Assembly (NCBI GenBank): GCA_038867615.1
Contig: JAWBYA010000005.1
Span: 32,001 to 96,000 of the forward strand
Direction: 5' to 3'
From: Sulfolobales archaeon
Lineage (GTDB): Archaea; Thermoproteota; Thermoprotei_A; Sulfolobales; AG1
Length of the DNA: 64,000 bases
The translations under genes were made by a program, and so were the position numbers. Positions 60,302-64,000 of the stretch are shown here, one piece after another (position 1 is the first letter of the stretch; each line of letters opens with the position of its first letter). Under the pieces are notes generated by a model. That model was given only the letters and a program-made list of their open reading frames with translations. It made no database searches and had not been told where the DNA came from.

Positions 60302-61039
60302 CTACGCTATCGTGTAAGAGCCTAGATAGGCCTCTATAACCCTCTGATCCCTTATAACCTTCTCAGGCTCCCCATCGGCTATGAGGGATCCGTAGTTAAG
60401 AACCACAAGCCTATCAACCTCTCTAACCAGGGATCCTATCGCGTGCTCAACCCATATAGCTGTCGCCCCACTGCTATCCAGATAGCTCCTCACAAGTCCT
60501 CTGATCTCTCTCTGCTCCTCCTCAGAGAGGCCTGAGAGCAGCTCATCTATCAAAAGAACCCTCGGCTTCATAGCCATAGCCCTGGCAAGCTCCATCAACC
60601 TAACCTCATACCTATTCAGCTTAGCAGCCATCATATGTGCCTTCCCACCAAGCCCGACGTCCTTGAGATACTCTATAGCTAGTAGCTCAGCCCTCCACAG
60701 ATTCTTCTGACGCTTGAGAACACCCAGGGCTACGTTCTCAGCCACAGTGAGATCCCTTATAACCCTGGGGAACTGGTAGATGCTCGCAACCCCTAGATCA
60801 GCCAGCCTCTCTGGATCCATGCCATTGAGCCTCGCACCAGAGATCTCTACCCACCCCCTATCAGGCTTTAAAAGACATCTAAGTATGTTGAGCAGCGTAG
60901 TCTTGCCAGAACCGTTAGGGCCTATGAGACCTACAACCTCTCCCCGCGATACCTCGAGCGAGACGTTATCCAGGGCCTTTATACCGCCGAACCACTTGCT
61001 AACCCTATCGATCCTTATCTCCACCACCAACAGGATCAC
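60302..61039 (-). CDS. Branched-chain amino acid ABC ATPase (LivG-like)
   Basis: FGGIKAL, GPNGSGKTT, ELARA, VEH, VIEAYLG. Confidence 0.9.
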   Translation of the reverse strand: MILLVVEIRIDRVSKWFGGIKALDNVSLEVSRGEVVGLIGPNGSGKTTLLNILRCLLKPDRGWVEISGARLNGMDPERLADLGVASIYQFPRVIRDLTVAENVALGVLKRQKNLWRAELLAIEYLKDVGLGGKAHMMAAKLNRYEVRLMELARAMAMKPRVLLIDELLSGLSEEEQREIRGLVRSYLDSSGATAIWVEHAIGSLVREVDRLVVLNYGSLIADGEPEKVIRDQRVIEAYLGSYTIA

Positions 61040-61926
61040 CTCACAATCTGAGGCCTCCCCATAATACCCGTTGGTCTGACAAGGAGTATCAGGAGGAAGA
61101 GTGTGTAGAGGTAGAATAGTTTTAACCCTGGTGGGAGGAGATAGCCTATAGCGCTATCCATTAACGCGTATAGAATAGCACCTACAAGGCTCCCCACAGG
61201 GTTACCAAGCCCTCCAAGGGCTGTTATTACGAGGGCTATGACAAGATACTCCACGCCCATGAAGGGGTTTATCTGAACCCTCATGCTTATAGCAGCACCA
61301 GCAACTACGGGCAATACCGTCGATACTATCGATGCAAGCATATATATCTTGCTAGTATTAAGCCCTATATCGAGTGCAAGACGGGGAGCCTGTATAATTC
61401 CCCTGATCGCCACGCCTATGTATGTTCTATATAGCAGGATATAGGTAGTAAAGGTCATAATAACTCCTGTGATCATGATGATGAAGACGTTAAGGGGGAC
61501 GAGGATCGACCCCATGGCAACCCCCTGCTCTAGATAAGTATAGCTCACAGCGGTAGGGCTCCAGAGATACGCCACAACTCCCTGGATAGCCATCGAGAGC
61601 CCGAAGGTTGCTATTATGCTCTGCTCCTCAATAACATTAACACTACCGCTAGCAAGGATCCTGTTGTAAATGATAGTATACATAACATAGCCTATAAAAA
61701 TACCTATCACCGCAGCAACAGGGATGCTGGCAATAGGAGGGATCTTATAGATCGCGTATAGCCAGTACGCCGTATAAGCACCGATCATAACAAGATCCCC
61801 ATAGGCTATGTTAATAATCCTGGTCGAGCTGAAAAGTATATTGAACCCGAGCGAGACAGCAACATATAGAGGCGAATATATAAGGGGTAAAAGGATCAGT
61901 GAAACCATTCTATCAAAAAGCTCCAC
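61036..61926 (-). CDS. Branched-chain amino acid ABC permease (LivH-like)
   Basis: IINIAYGDLVMIGAY, GVAIRG, LGGLGNPVG, VRPTGIMG. Confidence 0.9.
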   Translation of the reverse strand: MELFDRMVSLILLPLIYSPLYVAVSLGFNILFSSTRIINIAYGDLVMIGAYTAYWLYAIYKIPPIASIPVAAVIGIFIGYVMYTIIYNRILASGSVNVIEEQSIIATFGLSMAIQGVVAYLWSPTAVSYTYLEQGVAMGSILVPLNVFIIMITGVIMTFTTYILLYRTYIGVAIRGIIQAPRLALDIGLNTSKIYMLASIVSTVLPVVAGAAISMRVQINPFMGVEYLVIALVITALGGLGNPVGSLVGAILYALMDSAIGYLLPPGLKLFYLYTLFLLILLVRPTGIMGRPQIVR

Positions 61927-61947
61927 AGGAATCCCCTACCCCCCGCT

Positions 61948-62120
61948 AGCCGTTTGTCTCCATCCAATCCTATAGTAGATCGACCATGTGGGTTTGTTAA
62001 CAGCAGTTGAGCCCAACAGTGTAGGGCTCTCGCCTACCGAGAGATCATCCCCTGGATGGCTTGGAGCAATGCTCCCATCACCACCCAGAGTCAATATAGA
62101 GACCAAACCATCACCAAAAA
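61948..62120 (-). ncRNA. Candidate structured ncRNA, family A copy 2
   Basis: 35/40 identity of 62049-62088 to 397-436; hairpin 62009-62029 homologous to 363-383; shared AGCCGTTTGTC and TATA 12-mer (62135-62146). Confidence 0.55.
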
Positions 62121-62179
62121 CAATTCCAACCATAAGATTATAAATATCTCCCACGAATATCAAAAAGAAAACACCCCGT

Positions 62180-63475
62180 TCAGCTCCACTCAGGCTTTGG
62201 ATATATGTAGGGCGATAGGAAGGGCGCGTTTACAAACTCGATATTGGGGTACCTGCCCTTAGTTATAAAGATAGGCTTGGCCACTCCTCCCTGGTATTGC
62301 ATCCAGACAAGGAACGGGGGATCTATTGTTTGGTTAACAAACCTAACGCTCCCAAGAGGGCCGAATGGTATGTTGAAGGTCTCGCTATCAAGCACCCTCT
62401 TTATCTTCTCATAATTCAGACTCCCCGCCTTCTCTATAGCTGCTTTGAAGATCAAGCAGCTCTTATAAACAAGACCCTGCATATCCGGTACAGGGGCGTA
62501 GCCGTATTTACTCACATATGCATCCCAGAAGCTCTTTAGCACAGGATCTAGATCTGGATAGCTATTAGTCCAGTAGATTATCCCCTCTCTGGTAGCGTTA
62601 TCGAACCTTGTGTAGAAATCCCTCGTAGAGGCTCCGGGGCCTGTCATTATGAGCACCTTTGGATTTATCCTAAGCTCCCTCATCTGTGGAATAACTACGT
62701 AGGAGTCGGCACCAAAGGTTAGTGCTAGTACTATATCTGGTCTAGCCTCAGCCATTCTTAAGAGCAAGCCCCTCACATCTGTAGCTGTTAATGGATAGCT
62801 TGCTGTGAACACCACTTCTCCTATCCTCTGCTCCTCGAGGGCTTTTTTCGTCCATGTTGCCCAACCGACTGTTGAGTCTGTCTCGGCATATATGATAGCT
62901 ATTCTCCTCAGCTCCGGGCGATCAGATATGATCTTCTTTATAACCGCGGCATACATGCCTCCAACGTGTTCGAAGGTCATGAAGGTTAGATAGATATTCT
63001 GGCTCACATTCTTCAACCTCTCCTCAGTCGCTATAGTCTGGGTTGCTAGGATTATAGGGATGTTGTATTTGTTGACCACAGGTATGATTCCAAGCCCTAT
63101 CCCTGTCCCAAAAGGCGGCCATAGAAAGTCAACCTTATCCTGGGTTACAAGCTGCTCATAAAGAGATCTCGCCTTGCTAGGATCGCTTGAATCATCATAA
63201 TGAGTTATCCTCAACGGGATCCTCTTACCGAGCTCTGCAACATAGACCCCTCCCTGACTATTTATATAATCAGCACAGATCTGGTAGGCCCTCAGCTGCT
63301 CATTACCCTGGGCTGATAGAGGGCCTGAGAGAGCAACTGTAAAGCCAACCGATATATGGTCTTTGGTAGCTTGGGGGTTTAGAGAGCCTGAGAGATACAT
63401 ATACCCCGCTAACCCTGCGATTACTACGATAACCACAACAACTATCCCAATCACAGCCCTTCTCGAGACCATCAT
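62180..63475 (-). CDS. Branched-chain amino acid ABC substrate-binding protein (LivJ/K-like)
   Basis: N-terminal TM anchor, LSGP...G, INSQGGV, YDDSSDP, LVTQDKVDFL. Confidence 0.9.
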   Translation of the reverse strand: MMVSRRAVIGIVVVVIVVIAGLAGYMYLSGSLNPQATKDHISVGFTVALSGPLSAQGNEQLRAYQICADYINSQGGVYVAELGKRIPLRITHYDDSSDPSKARSLYEQLVTQDKVDFLWPPFGTGIGLGIIPVVNKYNIPIILATQTIATEERLKNVSQNIYLTFMTFEHVGGMYAAVIKKIISDRPELRRIAIIYAETDSTVGWATWTKKALEEQRIGEVVFTASYPLTATDVRGLLLRMAEARPDIVLALTFGADSYVVIPQMRELRINPKVLIMTGPGASTRDFYTRFDNATREGIIYWTNSYPDLDPVLKSFWDAYVSKYGYAPVPDMQGLVYKSCLIFKAAIEKAGSLNYEKIKRVLDSETFNIPFGPLGSVRFVNQTIDPPFLVWMQYQGGVAKPIFITKGRYPNIEFVNAPFLSPYIYPKPEWS

Positions 63476-63643
63476 GCAATCCCGGGGGATAATATGTAGT
63501 AATGGCTATATATGGTACATAATTCCTATTTGATGATGCTTGCTATAAATGAAAACAGATATATACATAACATTGAATAAGACATAACCATATAATGGAA
63601 GAGCCGCATAGAACACGCATAGCTTATATAGCCCTTGCATCAT

Positions 63644-64000
63644 ATGAATAGGGATTGGATGAAGGTCACCTACGGTAGGAAAGGGGTCTCAGCAGATCAC
63701 CCACTAGCTGTGGCTGCAGGGCTTAAGGTTCTTGAGAACGGTGGTAACGCTTTCGACGCCTCGATAGCAGTGAGCGCCGTCCTCTCGGTTGTACACCCAT
63801 TCTCAGGAGGCCTTGGAGGCGATGGGTTTATCCTAGCCCTTTCGAACAGCGAAATCATAGCCTATAATGGTTCTGGAAGATCTCCCTCCGGTTTTAACGC
63901 TGAGGAGTATATGGCTAAGAAACCCTTGAGAGGCCCTCTCACGGTAACGATCCCAGGGCTTGTGGAGATGTGGGGATATGTTGCTGAGGAATACGGGACA
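63644..64000 (+). CDS. ggt: Gamma-glutamyltransferase family protein (N-terminal part, runs off the window)
   Basis: HPLAVAAGLKVLENGGNAFDA...GGLGGDGF...NGSGRSP...TIPG. Confidence 0.88.
   Translation, partial: MNRDWMKVTYGRKGVSADHPLAVAAGLKVLENGGNAFDASIAVSAVLSVVHPFSGGLGGDGFILALSNSEIIAYNGSGRSPSGFNAEEYMAKKPLRGPLTVTIPGLVEMWGYVAEEYGT

Noticed and set aside
61936-62163. 75-aa minus-strand ORF between the binding-protein gene and livH
   Set aside because: It coincides with family A hairpins whose changes are compensatory for base pairing; the homologous frame in copy 1 hits a stop (end of ORF 388..579) soon after the shared hairpin

Overview
Chromosomal window from a thermophilic archaeon, most likely Thermoproteota/Crenarchaeota. 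The assignment rests on archaeal proteasome alpha/beta genes, aCPSF1/FttA, an SBDS-Rrp4-Rrp41-Rrp42 exosome cluster, Rpo11, an archaeal tRNA-Leu(CAG) and a box C/D guide RNA. Most of the window is housekeeping, metabolic and transport genes, plus an archaeal type IV pilus locus and a VapBC module. The standout is a two-gene insert at 21540-26930. It encodes a 1013-aa protein with an N-terminal RecB/Cas4-like PD-(D/E)XK nuclease fused to an SF2 helicase, followed 3 nt later by a 781-aa protein with recognisable but highly divergent Argonaute L2/MID/PIWI motifs. This is a candidate helicase-nuclease plus pAgo defence system, DdmDE-like in logic but with the opposite domain order. Other observations: two dispersed non-coding families, each seen twice (one with a shared TATA box and compensatory base changes), probable CUG start codons in rrp4 and livH, a probable Re-citrate synthase, and small ORFs missed by the ORF track. 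All calls are by-eye motif recognition; no searches were run.
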